The notes under the pieces are model-generated. The model saw nothing but the letters and a program-made list of their open reading frames with translations. It had not been told where the DNA came from and ran no database searches. Positions 8,970-19,498 of a stretch of DNA of 32,000 bases are shown here, one piece after another. Numbering within the stretch: the first letter of the stretch is position 1; every line of letters starts with the position of its first letter. The translations under genes were made by a program, and so were the position numbers. Where the stretch lies: the NCBI RefSeq assembly GCF_000195955.2, contig NC_000962.3:3960001-3992000 (forward strand), written 5' to 3'. This DNA is from Mycobacterium tuberculosis H37Rv (GTDB lineage: Bacteria; Actinomycetota; Actinomycetes; Mycobacteriales; Mycobacteriaceae).

Positions 8970-9342
8970 GTTTTGCGTCAATGGCGAACATCTGCCCCCG
9001 TCATTTACGGCAATTGAAGACAAAGCCCGCTCGCTTCCAGAGCCCTGCGCACGAGCTACCCATTATTGATCTAGCTTATTGTTGCGTTATACGACAGTCT
9101 GAGCAGTATATTGTCCGCTATATGTGTATTCGTAGCGGCGTGGATTGACGCGAGGCTGGTCGAGACCCGGTCCGTGAGATGCGCCGGAAAGGGTGTCGCG
9201 ATGCGGAACTCTACTGACCGTCCAGCGGCGGCTAACGAAGTCTGCATCCGCGACAGCCACCCAATGACGCGCCTGCCGTTGCGATCTCAGCACTGACGGC
9301 AGCCCGGCCTATCCGCGACCAGCTAGGGAAAGGCATTCGCAG

Positions 9343-10563
9343 ATGTTCATGGATTTCGCGATGCTTCCGCCGGAAGTCAACTCGACACGGATGTATAGCG
9401 GGCCGGGAGCGGGCTCGTTGTGGGCCGCCGCCGCCGCCTGGGATCAGGTGTCGGCGGAATTGCAGTCGGCGGCGGAGACCTACCGCTCGGTGATCGCCAG
9501 CCTCACCGGCTGGCAATGGCTGGGTCCATCGTCTGTGAGGATGGGTGCGGCGGTCACCCCGTATGTTGAGTGGCTGACCACCACCGCCGCGCAGGCAAGG
9601 CAGACGGCCACCCAGATCACCGCGGCCGCGACCGGATTTGAGCAGGCGTTCGCCATGACGGTGCCGCCACCGGCAATCATGGCCAACCGTGCACAGGTGC
9701 TATCGCTGATAGCGACCAACTTTTTCGGCCAGAACACCGCGGCGATTGCGGCCCTGGAGACCCAGTACGCCGAGATGTGGGAACAGGACGCCACCGCCAT
9801 GTACGACTACGCGGCCACCTCGGCGGCAGCGCGGACTTTGACACCATTTACCTCCCCGCAGCAAGACACCAACTCAGCCGGTCTGCCGGCGCAAAGCGCC
9901 GAAGTCAGCCGCGCGACCGCCAACGCCGGCGCCGCCGACGGCAACTGGCTGGGAAACCTCCTGGAAGAAATCGGAATACTGCTGCTGCCGATCGCGCCCG
10001 AGCTGACACCCTTTTTCCTGGAGGCGGGCGAAATCGTCAATGCGATACCTTTCCCGAGCATCGTCGGGGACGAGTTCTGTTTGCTCGACGGCCTACTGGC
10101 TTGGTACGCAACGATCGGCTCGATCAACAACATCAATTCGATGGGTACCGGCATCATTGGGGCCGAGAAGAATTTGGGGATCTTGCCCGAGCTAGGGAGC
10201 GCGGCTGCGGCGGCCGCTCCCCCACCAGCCGACATCGCCCCGGCGTTCCTCGCGCCGCTGACCAGCATGGCCAAGTCACTATCGGACGGAGCACTACGCG
10301 GCCCGGGCGAAGTTTCGGCCGCGATGCGCGGCGCGGGTACCATCGGGCAAATGTCGGTGCCGCCCGCCTGGAAGGCGCCCGCGGTCACCACCGTCAGGGC
10401 GTTCGATGCCACCCCAATGACCACACTGCCCGGCGGCGACGCCCCCGCCGCTGGAGTGCCTGGACTGCCCGGGATGCCAGCCTCGGGGGCCGGACGGGCT
10501 GGCGTGGTGCCCCGATACGGCGTACGGCTGACCGTGATGACACGTCCACTCTCGGGCGGGTGA
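9343..10563 (+). CDS. PPE61: PPE family protein PPE61
   Basis: 406 aa, '[33 protein letters not shown]' PPE domain with 'WLGPSS' (WxG-type motif), then 'SVPPAWKAP' near the C-terminus. Confidence 0.92.
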   Translation: MFMDFAMLPPEVNSTRMYSGPGAGSLWAAAAAWDQVSAELQSAAETYRSVIASLTGWQWLGPSSVRMGAAVTPYVEWLTTTAAQARQTATQITAAATGFEQAFAMTVPPPAIMANRAQVLSLIATNFFGQNTAAIAALETQYAEMWEQDATAMYDYAATSAAARTLTPFTSPQQDTNSAGLPAQSAEVSRATANAGAADGNWLGNLLEEIGILLLPIAPELTPFFLEAGEIVNAIPFPSIVGDEFCLLDGLLAWYATIGSINNINSMGTGIIGAEKNLGILPELGSAAAAAAPPPADIAPAFLAPLTSMAKSLSDGALRGPGEVSAAMRGAGTIGQMSVPPAWKAPAVTTVRAFDATPMTTLPGGDAPAAGVPGLPGMPASGAGRAGVVPRYGVRLTVMTRPLSGG

Positions 10564-10704
10564 CATCAGTGCGTGATGGCGGCGCACCTTGACCGTCGCG
10601 CATTGCGCTTCCAACACCAACGAACTGGGACTGCAGTAGTAGCGCAACCGCGCTTGGAGCGGGTCCCCACCGGTTATGGCATTCGATACCGCACCAAAGC
10701 GAAA

Positions 10705-12453
10705 TCAGTTCCCGAACCCCGACCGCTGGTTCTCGCTGTTGAAGCCGCCCGAGTTGTGGACGCCCGAGTTGAAGAATCCGGAGTTTAAGACGCCCGAGTT
10801 TGCGATACCCACCGTTTGGGCGCCGGTGTTTCCGAAACCCGCCGCGATGACGGTGCCGACCGCGTTTTGCAGGCCCGAGTTGTTGCTGCCCCCGTTCTGG
10901 AACCCCGAGCTGCCAACGCCCGTGTTGAAGAAGCCCGAGTTGTTCGTGCCGGCGTTGCCGAAACCCGAGTTCGGGCCGGAGCCGGTGCCGACGGCGCCGA
11001 ACCCGGTGTTGAGCGAACCCGCGTTGAAGGCGCCGGTGTTAGTGAGGCCCGAGTTTGACCAGCCGGTATTTCTGACGCCGGCGTTGAAATCACCGGTATT
11101 GCCTTGTCCGGAATTGAAGTTGCCCGTGTTGATGCTGCCCGCGTTGAAGCTGCCCGCATTCAACTGGCCCGAGTTCCCGAAGCCGAGGTTTATTGCGCCG
11201 CCGTTTCCGAAACCGGTATTCACGCCCCCGGCGTTTCCCATGCCCGTGTTGAGCGAACCCGAGTTCCCGAAACCGGTGTTATGGCCCGCCACGAACGGGC
11301 CCACGGTGGCCCCCGAGTTTCCGATGCCCACATTCGCGTCGCTGGAGTTGCCGATACCCAGGTTGCCGTTGCCGGAGTTGAAGAAACCGACGTTGTTGGT
11401 GCCCGAGTTGAACAAGCCGATGTTTCCGCTGCCCGAGTTCAGCCCACCGATGCCCACCTGGTTGTTGCCGGTGAGCCCGAAGCCGATGTTGCCGTTGCCG
11501 GTGTTGCCGAAACCGATGTTGCCAATGCCGTTGTTGCCGAAGCCCCAGTTGCTGCTGCCGGTGTTCCCGGCGCCGATGTTGCCGCTGCCGGCGTTTCCGG
11601 TGCCGACGTTGTTGTTGCCGGTATTCCCGAACCCGACGTTGGAGTTGCCGGTATTGCCGCTGCCCAGGTTGCTGTTGCCGAGGTTCCCGTTGCCGACGTT
11701 CCCACTGCCTGGAAGTCCCGCCCTCCCGTTGCCGCTGCCGAAGTTGCCGTTGCCGACGTTCCCGCCGCCCACGTTGGAGTTGCCGATGTTGCCGCTGCCC
11801 AGGTTCGCGTCACCCCGGTTCCCGCTGCCCAGGTTGGTGTTACCGATGTTGCCGTTGCCGGTGTTCAGGTCGCCGGTGTTGCCGCCGCCCAGGTTGGCGT
11901 TGCCGATATTGCCGATACCCAGGTTCGGCAGCTGCTGCAGCGCCTGCTGAAAGGGCACCAACTGCTCGGCCGCCGCCGAGGCCCCGGAGTGGTAGCCCAC
12001 CATCGCGGCCACATCCGCGGCCCACATCTGTTCGTAGGCGCCCTCAACGGCCGCAATCAGCGGCGCGTTCAGCCCGAACCAATTCGACATCACCAACTGC
12101 GCAAACGCATTGCGGTTGGCCGCCACCAGCAAAGGGTGCACCGTCGCCGCCCGTGCCGCCTCGAACGCGCTGGCCACCGCCTTGGCCTGGGCCGCCGCCC
12201 CCGCGGCCCGGGCCGCCGCAGCGCTCAACCATCCCGCATACGGTGCCGCCGCCGCCGCCATCGCCGCCGCCGCCGGCCCCTGCCACGCCTGACTTGCCAA
12301 GTCCGAGGTCACCGACCCAAACGAGGACGCCGCGGACCCCAACTCTGCGGCCAGCCCGTCCCAGGCCACCGCCGCCGCCAACATCGGCGCCGAACCTGCA
12401 CCCGTGAACATCCGCAACGAATTAAGCTCCGGCGGCAATACCGCATAGTTCAT
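10705..12453 (-). CDS. PPE62: PPE-MPTR family protein PPE62
   Basis: 582 aa, '[35 protein letters not shown]' N-terminus followed by long NxGxGN arrays. Confidence 0.92.
10730..11910 (-). repeat. MPTR-type array (NxGxGNxGxxN pentapeptide-like repeats) within PPE62
   Basis: Continuous '[32 protein letters not shown]...' translation. The DNA repeats a ccg/ttg/ccg/atg-like pattern. Boundaries approximate. Confidence 0.85.
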
Positions 12454-12551
12454 GACCCCGTCCCTTCCCGACCTGACAATCAGTCAGAACCGTAGGACAA
12501 ACCGGGTCGGACCATCTGCGTTTCCGTGAAATCCGCGAACCAGCGGTGTCG

Positions 12552-13592
12552 TCAATGCGTTACGGCCGCACCGCTATCCAGCTCGCGTTTGATTTCCAGC
12601 GCGATGTCGATGAGCTGGTCTTCCTGGCCACCGATGAGCTTGCGCTGACCGGCCCGGTGCAACAGCGCCGACGCCGGCACGCCGTAGCGCTCGGCCTGGC
12701 GGACCGCATGCTTGAGGAAGCTGGAGTAGACCCCGGAATACCCCATGATCAACGCGTTGCGGTCGAGCAGACATTCGGCCGGCATGGCCGGGCGCACCAC
12801 GTCCTCGGCGGCGTCGGCAATGTCGAAGAAATCAATGCCGGTCTTGACGCCGATCTTGTCGAACACCCCGATCAGCGCCTCGACCGGCGCGTTACCCGCC
12901 CCGGCGCCGAAACGCCGGCAGGACCCGTCGATCTGCTTGGCGCCCGCGCGCACCGCCGCCACCGAATTGGCCACCCCGAGACCGAGGTTCTCGTGCCCAT
13001 GAAAGCCCACCTGGGCGTCTTCGCCGAGCTCGGCGACCAGGGCCGACACCCGGTCGGCCACGCCGTCGAGCACCAGGGCACCGGCGGAGTCGACGACGTA
13101 GACACACTGGCAGCCGGCGTCGGCCATGATGCGGGCCTGGGCGGCCAGTTTCTCCGGCGCAATGGTGTGGGCCATCATCAAAAACCCGACGGTTTCCAGA
13201 CCCAGTTCGCGGGCCAGCCCGAAATGCTGGATCGACACGTCGGCCTCGGTGCAGTGGGTGGCGATCCGGCAGATCGACCCGCCGTTGTCCCGCGCCTCTT
13301 TGATGTCGTCCTTGGTGCCCACACCGGGCAACATCAAAAACGCGATCCGGGCCTCTTTCGCGGTCGCCGCGGCCAGCTTGATCAGCTCCTGCTCAGGGGT
13401 TTTCGAGAAGCCATAGTTGAACGATGAGCCGCCCAGGCCGTCGCCGTGGGTCACCTCGATCACCGGCACGCCAGCGGCGTCTAGGGCGGCCACGATGGCA
13501 CCGACCTCGTCCTTGGTGAATTGGTGGCGTTTGTGGTGCGACCCATCCCGCAGCGAGGTGTCCGTGATGCGGACGTCCCACATATCGGTCAT
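12552..13592 (-). CDS. hsaF: 4-hydroxy-2-oxovalerate aldolase (HsaF)
   Basis: 346 aa, DRE-TIM/HMGL signature '[18 protein letters not shown]'; '[23 protein letters not shown]'. Confidence 0.95.
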   Translation of the reverse strand: MTDMWDVRITDTSLRDGSHHKRHQFTKDEVGAIVAALDAAGVPVIEVTHGDGLGGSSFNYGFSKTPEQELIKLAAATAKEARIAFLMLPGVGTKDDIKEARDNGGSICRIATHCTEADVSIQHFGLARELGLETVGFLMMAHTIAPEKLAAQARIMADAGCQCVYVVDSAGALVLDGVADRVSALVAELGEDAQVGFHGHENLGLGVANSVAAVRAGAKQIDGSCRRFGAGAGNAPVEALIGVFDKIGVKTGIDFFDIADAAEDVVRPAMPAECLLDRNALIMGYSGVYSSFLKHAVRQAERYGVPASALLHRAGQRKLIGGQEDQLIDIALEIKRELDSGAAVTH

Positions 13593-14500
13593 CGCGCTCC
13601 TCCTACAACCAGCGTCTCCTTGGCGATCTCCTCGCCCACCTTGGTGGCCGCCGCGGTCATGATGTCCAGGTTGCCCGCATAGGGCGGCAGGTAATCCCCG
13701 GCGCCCTCAACCTCGACGAACGTGGTGACCAGCGCCTGCCCGCCCGAGTTGATCGACGGCTCGTCGAACTGCGGTTCGTTGAGCAGCCGGTATCCAGGCA
13801 CGTAGGTCTGCACCTCTTTGACGACGTCGTGGATGGAGGCGGCGATCGCTTCGCGGTCGGCGTCGGTGGGGATGGCGCAAAAGATGGTGTCGCGCATGAT
13901 CATCGGCGGGTCGGCGGGATTCAAGATGATGATCGCCTTGCCGCGGGCGGCCCCGCCGATGGTCTGGACCCCACGGGCGGTGGTCTTGGTGAACTCGTCG
14001 ATGTTGGCGCGCGTGCCCGGTCCCGCTGAAACGGAAGCCACCGACGCCACGATCTCGGCGTAGGGCACCTCCACGATCCGAGACACCGCGTACACGATCG
14101 GAATGGTCGCCTGTCCCCCGCAGGTGATCATGTTGACGTTCGGCGCGTCCAGGTGCTCGCGCAGGTTCGCCGGCGGGATCACCGCCGGACCCACCGCCGC
14201 CGGCGTCAGGTCGATGGCCCGGATCCCGGCCTCGGCGTACTTGGGCGCCGCGTCCCGGTGCACGTAGGCACTGGTTGCCTCGAACACCAGGTCGGGTTTA
14301 TCGGGCTGCGCCAGCAGCCAGTCCACCCCCTCGTGGGTGGTCTCCAAACCCAGCTTGGCCGCGCGCGCCAGGCCATCGCTCTCCGGGTCGATGCCCACCA
14401 TCCAGCGCGGCTCCAGCCACTCCGATCGCAGCAGCTTGTACAGCAGATCGGTGCTGATATTTCCCGACCCGACAATCGCCACTTTTGCCTTGGACGGCAT
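13589..14500 (-). CDS. hsaG: Acylating acetaldehyde/propionaldehyde dehydrogenase (HsaG)
   Basis: 303 aa from the ATG at 14500 (the 371-aa track ORF overextends). '[19 protein letters not shown]' and '[16 protein letters not shown]'. Confidence 0.95.
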   Translation of the reverse strand: MPSKAKVAIVGSGNISTDLLYKLLRSEWLEPRWMVGIDPESDGLARAAKLGLETTHEGVDWLLAQPDKPDLVFEATSAYVHRDAAPKYAEAGIRAIDLTPAAVGPAVIPPANLREHLDAPNVNMITCGGQATIPIVYAVSRIVEVPYAEIVASVASVSAGPGTRANIDEFTKTTARGVQTIGGAARGKAIIILNPADPPMIMRDTIFCAIPTDADREAIAASIHDVVKEVQTYVPGYRLLNEPQFDEPSINSGGQALVTTFVEVEGAGDYLPPYAGNLDIMTAAATKVGEEIAKETLVVGGAR

Positions 14501-14510
14501 GTTGCTCCCC

Positions 14511-15296
14511 TTATTCGAACGACAACCGGACCAAACCCAGCCCGGTGAAGTCGGCGACAAACTCGTCGCCGGCCCGCGCCTCGACCGCGAACGTGCATGA
14601 CCCGGGTAACACGATGTCGCCTTTGCGCAGCCGCACGCCGAAACTCTCGACCTTGCCGGCCAGCCAAGCCACCGCGGTCGCCGGGTTACCCAACACCGCA
14701 TCACTGCGGCCCTCGGCCACCACCTCGCCGTTGCGGGTCAGCTTCGCATCGATCGCCCTGACGTCAAGATCGGCCGGCGGCACCCGGGCCGCGCCCAACA
14801 CGAAGCCCGCCGCCGAGGCGTTGTCGGCGATGGTGTCGCAGATCTTGATCTGCCAATCCTTGATCCTGGTGTCGATCAGCTCGATGGCGGGCACCAGGGC
14901 CTCGGTGGCCGCCAGCACGTCGTCCTCGGTGCAGCCCGCACCCGGTAGGTCGGCGGCCAGGATGAAGCCCACCTCCACCTCAACCCGCGGAGACAGGTAC
15001 CGGGACGCCTGGACCGGCGTGTCTTCGAACACCTGCATGTCGTCGAGCAGGTGTCCGTAGTCTGGTTCGTCAACCCCCATCATCTGCTGCATGATCGGCG
15101 ACGACAGCCCGACCTTATGACCCACCACGCGGGCACCCTCGGCCACCCGCTGCCGGATGTTGATCAACTGGATCTCGTAGGCGTCGACGACATCGATCTC
15201 GGGATGGGCGGCGGTCAGTTGACCGATCGGGTCGCGGCTTCGCTCGGCTTGTGCTAGGTCGGCGGCCAGCTCATCACGGGTGGCATCACGGAGCAT
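14511..15296 (-). CDS. hsaE: 2-hydroxypenta-2,4-dienoate hydratase (HsaE)
   Basis: 261 aa from the ATG at 15296 (the 558-aa track ORF is overextended antisense to kstD). '[29 protein letters not shown]'. Confidence 0.93.
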   Translation of the reverse strand: MLRDATRDELAADLAQAERSRDPIGQLTAAHPEIDVVDAYEIQLINIRQRVAEGARVVGHKVGLSSPIMQQMMGVDEPDYGHLLDDMQVFEDTPVQASRYLSPRVEVEVGFILAADLPGAGCTEDDVLAATEALVPAIELIDTRIKDWQIKICDTIADNASAAGFVLGAARVPPADLDVRAIDAKLTRNGEVVAEGRSDAVLGNPATAVAWLAGKVESFGVRLRKGDIVLPGSCTFAVEARAGDEFVADFTGLGLVRLSFE

Positions 15297-15353
15297 TCGG
15301 CGAAGTCCCCTCGTAGGCGTGACCGGGCCAGTAGCGCCCGACCCGAGCAATTC

Positions 15354-15367
15354 TATAACGTGTTCTA
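15354..15367. promoter_or_regulatory. Shared KstR operator between divergent hsaE and kstD
   Basis: TATAACGTGTTCTA, full match to TnnAACnnGTTnnA, ending 1 nt before the kstD ATG. Confidence 0.85.
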
Positions 15368-15368
15368 C

Positions 15369-17060
15369 ATGACTGTGCAGGAGTTCGACGTCGTGGTGGT
15401 CGGCAGCGGCGCCGCCGGCATGGTTGCTGCGCTGGTCGCCGCTCACCGAGGTCTCTCGACGGTAGTCGTCGAGAAGGCCCCGCACTACGGCGGCTCCACC
15501 GCACGCTCGGGCGGCGGCGTCTGGATCCCCAACAACGAGGTCCTCAAGCGCCGCGGCGTTCGAGATACACCGGAGGCGGCACGCACCTATCTGCACGGCA
15601 TCGTCGGCGAAATCGTCGAGCCGGAACGCATCGATGCTTACCTCGACCGCGGGCCCGAGATGCTGTCGTTCGTGCTGAAGCACACGCCGCTGAAGATGTG
15701 CTGGGTACCCGGCTACTCCGACTACTACCCCGAGGCTCCGGGCGGCCGCCCGGGCGGACGTTCGATCGAGCCGAAACCGTTCAACGCGCGCAAGCTTGGT
15801 GCCGACATGGCCGGGCTGGAGCCCGCGTATGGCAAGGTTCCGCTCAATGTGGTTGTGATGCAGCAGGACTACGTTCGCCTCAATCAGCTCAAACGTCACC
15901 CCCGTGGCGTGCTGCGCAGCATGAAGGTCGGCGCCCGCACGATGTGGGCGAAGGCAACAGGTAAGAACCTGGTCGGCATGGGTCGAGCCCTCATTGGGCC
16001 GTTGCGGATCGGGTTGCAGCGCGCCGGAGTGCCGGTCGAACTCAACACCGCCTTCACCGATCTTTTCGTCGAAAATGGCGTCGTGTCCGGGGTATACGTC
16101 CGCGATTCCCACGAGGCGGAATCCGCTGAGCCGCAGCTGATCCGGGCTCGCCGCGGCGTGATCCTGGCCTGTGGTGGTTTCGAGCATAACGAGCAGATGC
16201 GAATCAAGTACCAGCGGGCACCCATCACCACCGAGTGGACCGTGGGCGCCAGCGCCAATACCGGTGACGGCATTCTCGCCGCCGAAAAGCTCGGCGCAGC
16301 ACTGGATCTGATGGATGACGCTTGGTGGGGCCCGACGGTACCGCTGGTCGGCAAACCATGGTTCGCGCTCTCGGAGCGCAACTCTCCCGGTTCGATCATC
16401 GTCAACATGTCAGGCAAGCGATTCATGAACGAATCGATGCCATACGTCGAAGCCTGTCATCATATGTACGGCGGCGAACACGGCCAGGGGCCCGGACCGG
16501 GCGAGAACATTCCGGCGTGGCTGGTGTTCGACCAGCGATACCGGGACCGCTACATCTTCGCGGGACTACAACCAGGGCAACGCATTCCGAGCAGGTGGCT
16601 GGATTCCGGCGTCATCGTCCAGGCCGATACCCTTGCGGAGCTGGCCGGCAAGGCCGGTCTACCCGCGGACGAACTCACTGCCACCGTCCAGCGTTTCAAC
16701 GCATTCGCCCGGTCCGGTGTCGACGAGGACTACCACCGCGGGGAAAGTGCCTACGATCGCTACTACGGCGACCCGAGCAACAAGCCCAATCCGAACCTCG
16801 GCGAGGTCGGCCACCCGCCCTATTATGGCGCCAAGATGGTTCCGGGCGACCTGGGGACCAAGGGCGGTATCCGCACCGATGTCAACGGACGTGCTCTGCG
16901 GGACGACGGCAGCATCATCGACGGCCTTTACGCTGCAGGCAATGTCAGTGCCCCAGTGATGGGACACACCTACCCCGGTCCGGGCGGCACGATAGGCCCG
17001 GCGATGACGTTCGGGTACCTGGCGGCGCTGCACATTGCCGATCAGGCGGGAAAGCGCTGA
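15369..17060 (+). CDS. kstD: 3-ketosteroid delta-1-dehydrogenase
   Basis: 563 aa, FAD-binding 'FDVVVVGSGAAGMVAALVAAHRGLSTVVVEKAPHYGGSTARSGGGVWIPNN'; C-terminal 'YPGPGGTIGPAMTFGYLAALHIA'. Confidence 0.96.
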   Translation: MTVQEFDVVVVGSGAAGMVAALVAAHRGLSTVVVEKAPHYGGSTARSGGGVWIPNNEVLKRRGVRDTPEAARTYLHGIVGEIVEPERIDAYLDRGPEMLSFVLKHTPLKMCWVPGYSDYYPEAPGGRPGGRSIEPKPFNARKLGADMAGLEPAYGKVPLNVVVMQQDYVRLNQLKRHPRGVLRSMKVGARTMWAKATGKNLVGMGRALIGPLRIGLQRAGVPVELNTAFTDLFVENGVVSGVYVRDSHEAESAEPQLIRARRGVILACGGFEHNEQMRIKYQRAPITTEWTVGASANTGDGILAAEKLGAALDLMDDAWWGPTVPLVGKPWFALSERNSPGSIIVNMSGKRFMNESMPYVEACHHMYGGEHGQGPGPGENIPAWLVFDQRYRDRYIFAGLQPGQRIPSRWLDSGVIVQADTLAELAGKAGLPADELTATVQRFNAFARSGVDEDYHRGESAYDRYYGDPSNKPNPNLGEVGHPPYYGAKMVPGDLGTKGGIRTDVNGRALRDDGSIIDGLYAAGNVSAPVMGHTYPGPGGTIGPAMTFGYLAALHIADQAGKR

Positions 17061-17061
17061 T

Positions 17062-17922
17062 ATGCCCATCGACTTGGACGTCGCGCTGGGTGCACAGCTA
17101 CCGCCCGTCGAATTCTCTTGGACCAGTACCGATGTGCAGCTCTACCAGCTGGGACTGGGCGCCGGCTCTGATCCGATGAACCCCCGTGAGCTGAGTTATC
17201 TGGCGGACGATACACCGCAGGTGTTGCCGACGTTCGGCAACGTCGCGGCCACCTTCCACCTCACCACACCACCGACCGTCCAGTTTCCGGGCATCGATAT
17301 CGAGCTCAGCAAGGTGCTGCACGCCAGCGAGCGAGTCGAGGTTCCCGCCCCGCTGCCGCCGTCGGGTTCGGCCAGGGCGGTCACCCGGTTCACCGACATC
17401 TGGGACAAGGGCAAAGCCGCGGTAATCTGCAGCGAAACGACGGCGACCACACCGGACGGCTTGCTGCTGTGGACGCAGAAGCGGTCGATCTATGCCCGTG
17501 GCGAAGGCGGATTCGGCGGCAAGCGCGGGCCGTCGGGATCAGATGTCGCGCCGGAGCGGGCGCCCGATCTGCAGGTCGCGATGCCGATTCTGCCGCAGCA
17601 AGCGCTGCTCTACCGGCTCTGCGGCGACCGCAACCCGCTGCACTCGGATCCCGAATTCGCCGCTGCCGCAGGCTTTCCCCGGCCTATTCTGCATGGCCTG
17701 TGCACCTATGGGATGACCTGCAAGGCGATCGTCGATGCATTGCTGGACTCCGATGCGACGGCCGTGGCCGGCTACGGCGCACGCTTTGCTGGCGTGGCGT
17801 ACCCGGGCGAGACGCTCACGGTCAACGTGTGGAAGGACGGCCGCCGCCTGGTGGCCAGTGTCGTCGCACCCACTCGTGACAACGCTGTGGTGCTCAGCGG
17901 AGTGGAGCTGGTGCCGGCATAG
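17062..17922 (+). CDS. hsd4B: MaoC-like 2-enoyl-CoA hydratase (Rv3538-like)
   Basis: 286 aa from the ATG at 17062. Hotdog hydratase signature 'RNPLHSDPEFAAAAGFPRPILHGLCTYGM'. Confidence 0.88.
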   Translation: MPIDLDVALGAQLPPVEFSWTSTDVQLYQLGLGAGSDPMNPRELSYLADDTPQVLPTFGNVAATFHLTTPPTVQFPGIDIELSKVLHASERVEVPAPLPPSGSARAVTRFTDIWDKGKAAVICSETTATTPDGLLLWTQKRSIYARGEGGFGGKRGPSGSDVAPERAPDLQVAMPILPQQALLYRLCGDRNPLHSDPEFAAAAGFPRPILHGLCTYGMTCKAIVDALLDSDATAVAGYGARFAGVAYPGETLTVNVWKDGRRLVASVVAPTRDNAVVLSGVELVPA

Positions 17923-18058
17923 CGGTGCGGTCGGCGCTAAAGGTTTGGTGAGACTGCGGATTTCGCAGAAGTCGACATGACATTGCTGCTATGGTCTGCG
18001 GTGACGGGGCCGTCGCAGTGGTGGCGCGGCGGTTGGGCCGAGCCGGCGGGATGTTGTC

Positions 18059-19498
18059 ATGGCGGATTTCTTGACGTTGTCACCAGAGGTGAATTCGGCC
18101 CGGATGTACGCGGGTGGGGGGCCCGGGTCGCTATCGGCGGCCGCGGCGGCCTGGGATGAGTTGGCCGCCGAACTGTGGTTGGCGGCGGCCTCGTTCGAGT
18201 CGGTGTGCTCCGGCCTGGCGGACCGTTGGTGGCAAGGGCCGTCGTCTCGGATGATGGCGGCGCAGGCCGCCCGCCATACGGGGTGGCTGGCCGCGGCGGC
18301 CACCCAGGCAGAGGGAGCAGCCAGCCAGGCTCAGACGATGGCGCTGGCCTATGAAGCGGCGTTCGCCGCAACCGTACACCCGGCGCTGGTCGCGGCGAAC
18401 CGCGCCCTCGTGGCCTGGTTGGCGGGGTCGAATGTGTTCGGGCAGAACACCCCGGCGATTGCGGCCGCCGAGGCCATCTACGAGCAGATGTGGGCTCAGG
18501 ATGTTGTCGCGATGTTGAACTACCATGCGGTGGCCTCGGCGGTCGGGGCGCGGTTGCGGCCGTGGCAGCAGTTGCTGCATGAGCTGCCCAGGCGGTTGGG
18601 CGGCGAACACTCCGACAGCACAAACACGGAACTCGCTAACCCGAGTTCAACGACGACACGCATTACCGTCCCCGGCGCATCTCCGGTGCATGCAGCGACG
18701 TTACTGCCGTTCATCGGAAGGCTACTGGCGGCGCGTTATGCCGAGCTGAACACCGCGATCGGCACGAACTGGTTTCCGGGCACCACGCCAGAAGTGGTGA
18801 GCTATCCGGCCACCATCGGGGTCCTTAGCGGCTCTCTTGGCGCCGTCGATGCCAACCAGTCCATCGCTATCGGTCAGCAGATGTTGCACAACGAGATCCT
18901 GGCCGCCACGGCCTCCGGTCAGCCGGTGACGGTGGCCGGACTGTCGATGGGCAGCATGGTCATCGACCGCGAACTTGCCTATCTGGCCATCGACCCCAAC
19001 GCGCCACCCTCGAGCGCGCTCACATTCGTCGAGCTCGCCGGCCCGGAACGCGGTCTTGCCCAGACCTACCTGCCCGTTGGCACCACCATTCCAATCGCGG
19101 GGTACACCGTGGGGAATGCGCCCGAGAGCCAGTACAACACCAGCGTGGTTTATAGCCAGTACGATATCTGGGCCGATCCGCCCGACCGTCCGTGGAACCT
19201 GTTGGCCGGCGCCAACGCACTGATGGGCGCGGCTTACTTTCACGATCTGACCGCCTACGCCGCACCACAACAGGGGATAGAGATCGCCGCTGTCACGAGT
19301 TCACTGGGCGGAACCACGACAACGTACATGATTCCGTCGCCCACGCTGCCGTTGCTGTTGCCACTGAAGCAGATCGGTGTCCCAGACTGGATCGTCGGCG
19401 GGCTGAACAACGTGCTGAAGCCGCTCGTCGACGCGGGCTACTCACAGTACGCCCCCACCGCCGGCCCTTATTTCAGCCACGGCAACCTGGTGTGGTAG
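18059..19498 (+). CDS. PPE63: PPE family protein PPE63 with C-terminal PE-PPE alpha/beta-hydrolase domain
   Basis: 479 aa, PPE N-terminus '[34 protein letters not shown]'. The C-terminal half has '[16 protein letters not shown]' (GxSxG nucleophile motif). Confidence 0.92.
   Translation: MADFLTLSPEVNSARMYAGGGPGSLSAAAAAWDELAAELWLAAASFESVCSGLADRWWQGPSSRMMAAQAARHTGWLAAAATQAEGAASQAQTMALAYEAAFAATVHPALVAANRALVAWLAGSNVFGQNTPAIAAAEAIYEQMWAQDVVAMLNYHAVASAVGARLRPWQQLLHELPRRLGGEHSDSTNTELANPSSTTTRITVPGASPVHAATLLPFIGRLLAARYAELNTAIGTNWFPGTTPEVVSYPATIGVLSGSLGAVDANQSIAIGQQMLHNEILAATASGQPVTVAGLSMGSMVIDRELAYLAIDPNAPPSSALTFVELAGPERGLAQTYLPVGTTIPIAGYTVGNAPESQYNTSVVYSQYDIWADPPDRPWNLLAGANALMGAAYFHDLTAYAAPQQGIEIAAVTSSLGGTTTTYMIPSPTLPLLLPLKQIGVPDWIVGGLNNVLKPLVDAGYSQYAPTAGPYFSHGNLVW

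Noticed and set aside
9257-9302. Short inverted repeat CTGCCGT...ACGGCAG upstream of PPE61
   Set aside because: Seven-bp arms with a 16-nt loop are common by chance in GC-rich DNA; no further support.
10730-11910. Regular repeated DNA that could resemble a CRISPR-like or VNTR array
   Set aside because: It is in frame with PPE62, has no conserved direct repeat with unique spacers, and is explained by the NxGxGN protein repeats.
10676-12495. Long plus-strand ORFs (424 and 463 aa) with Pro/Phe/Leu/Glu-rich or Val/Ala-rich repeats
   Set aside because: They are exact antisense readings of the PPE62 MPTR array. High GC and in-frame repeats keep these frames open, and composition gives no independent support.
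12546-13427. 293-aa plus-strand ORF
   Set aside because: Antisense to hsaF; no recognisable domain.
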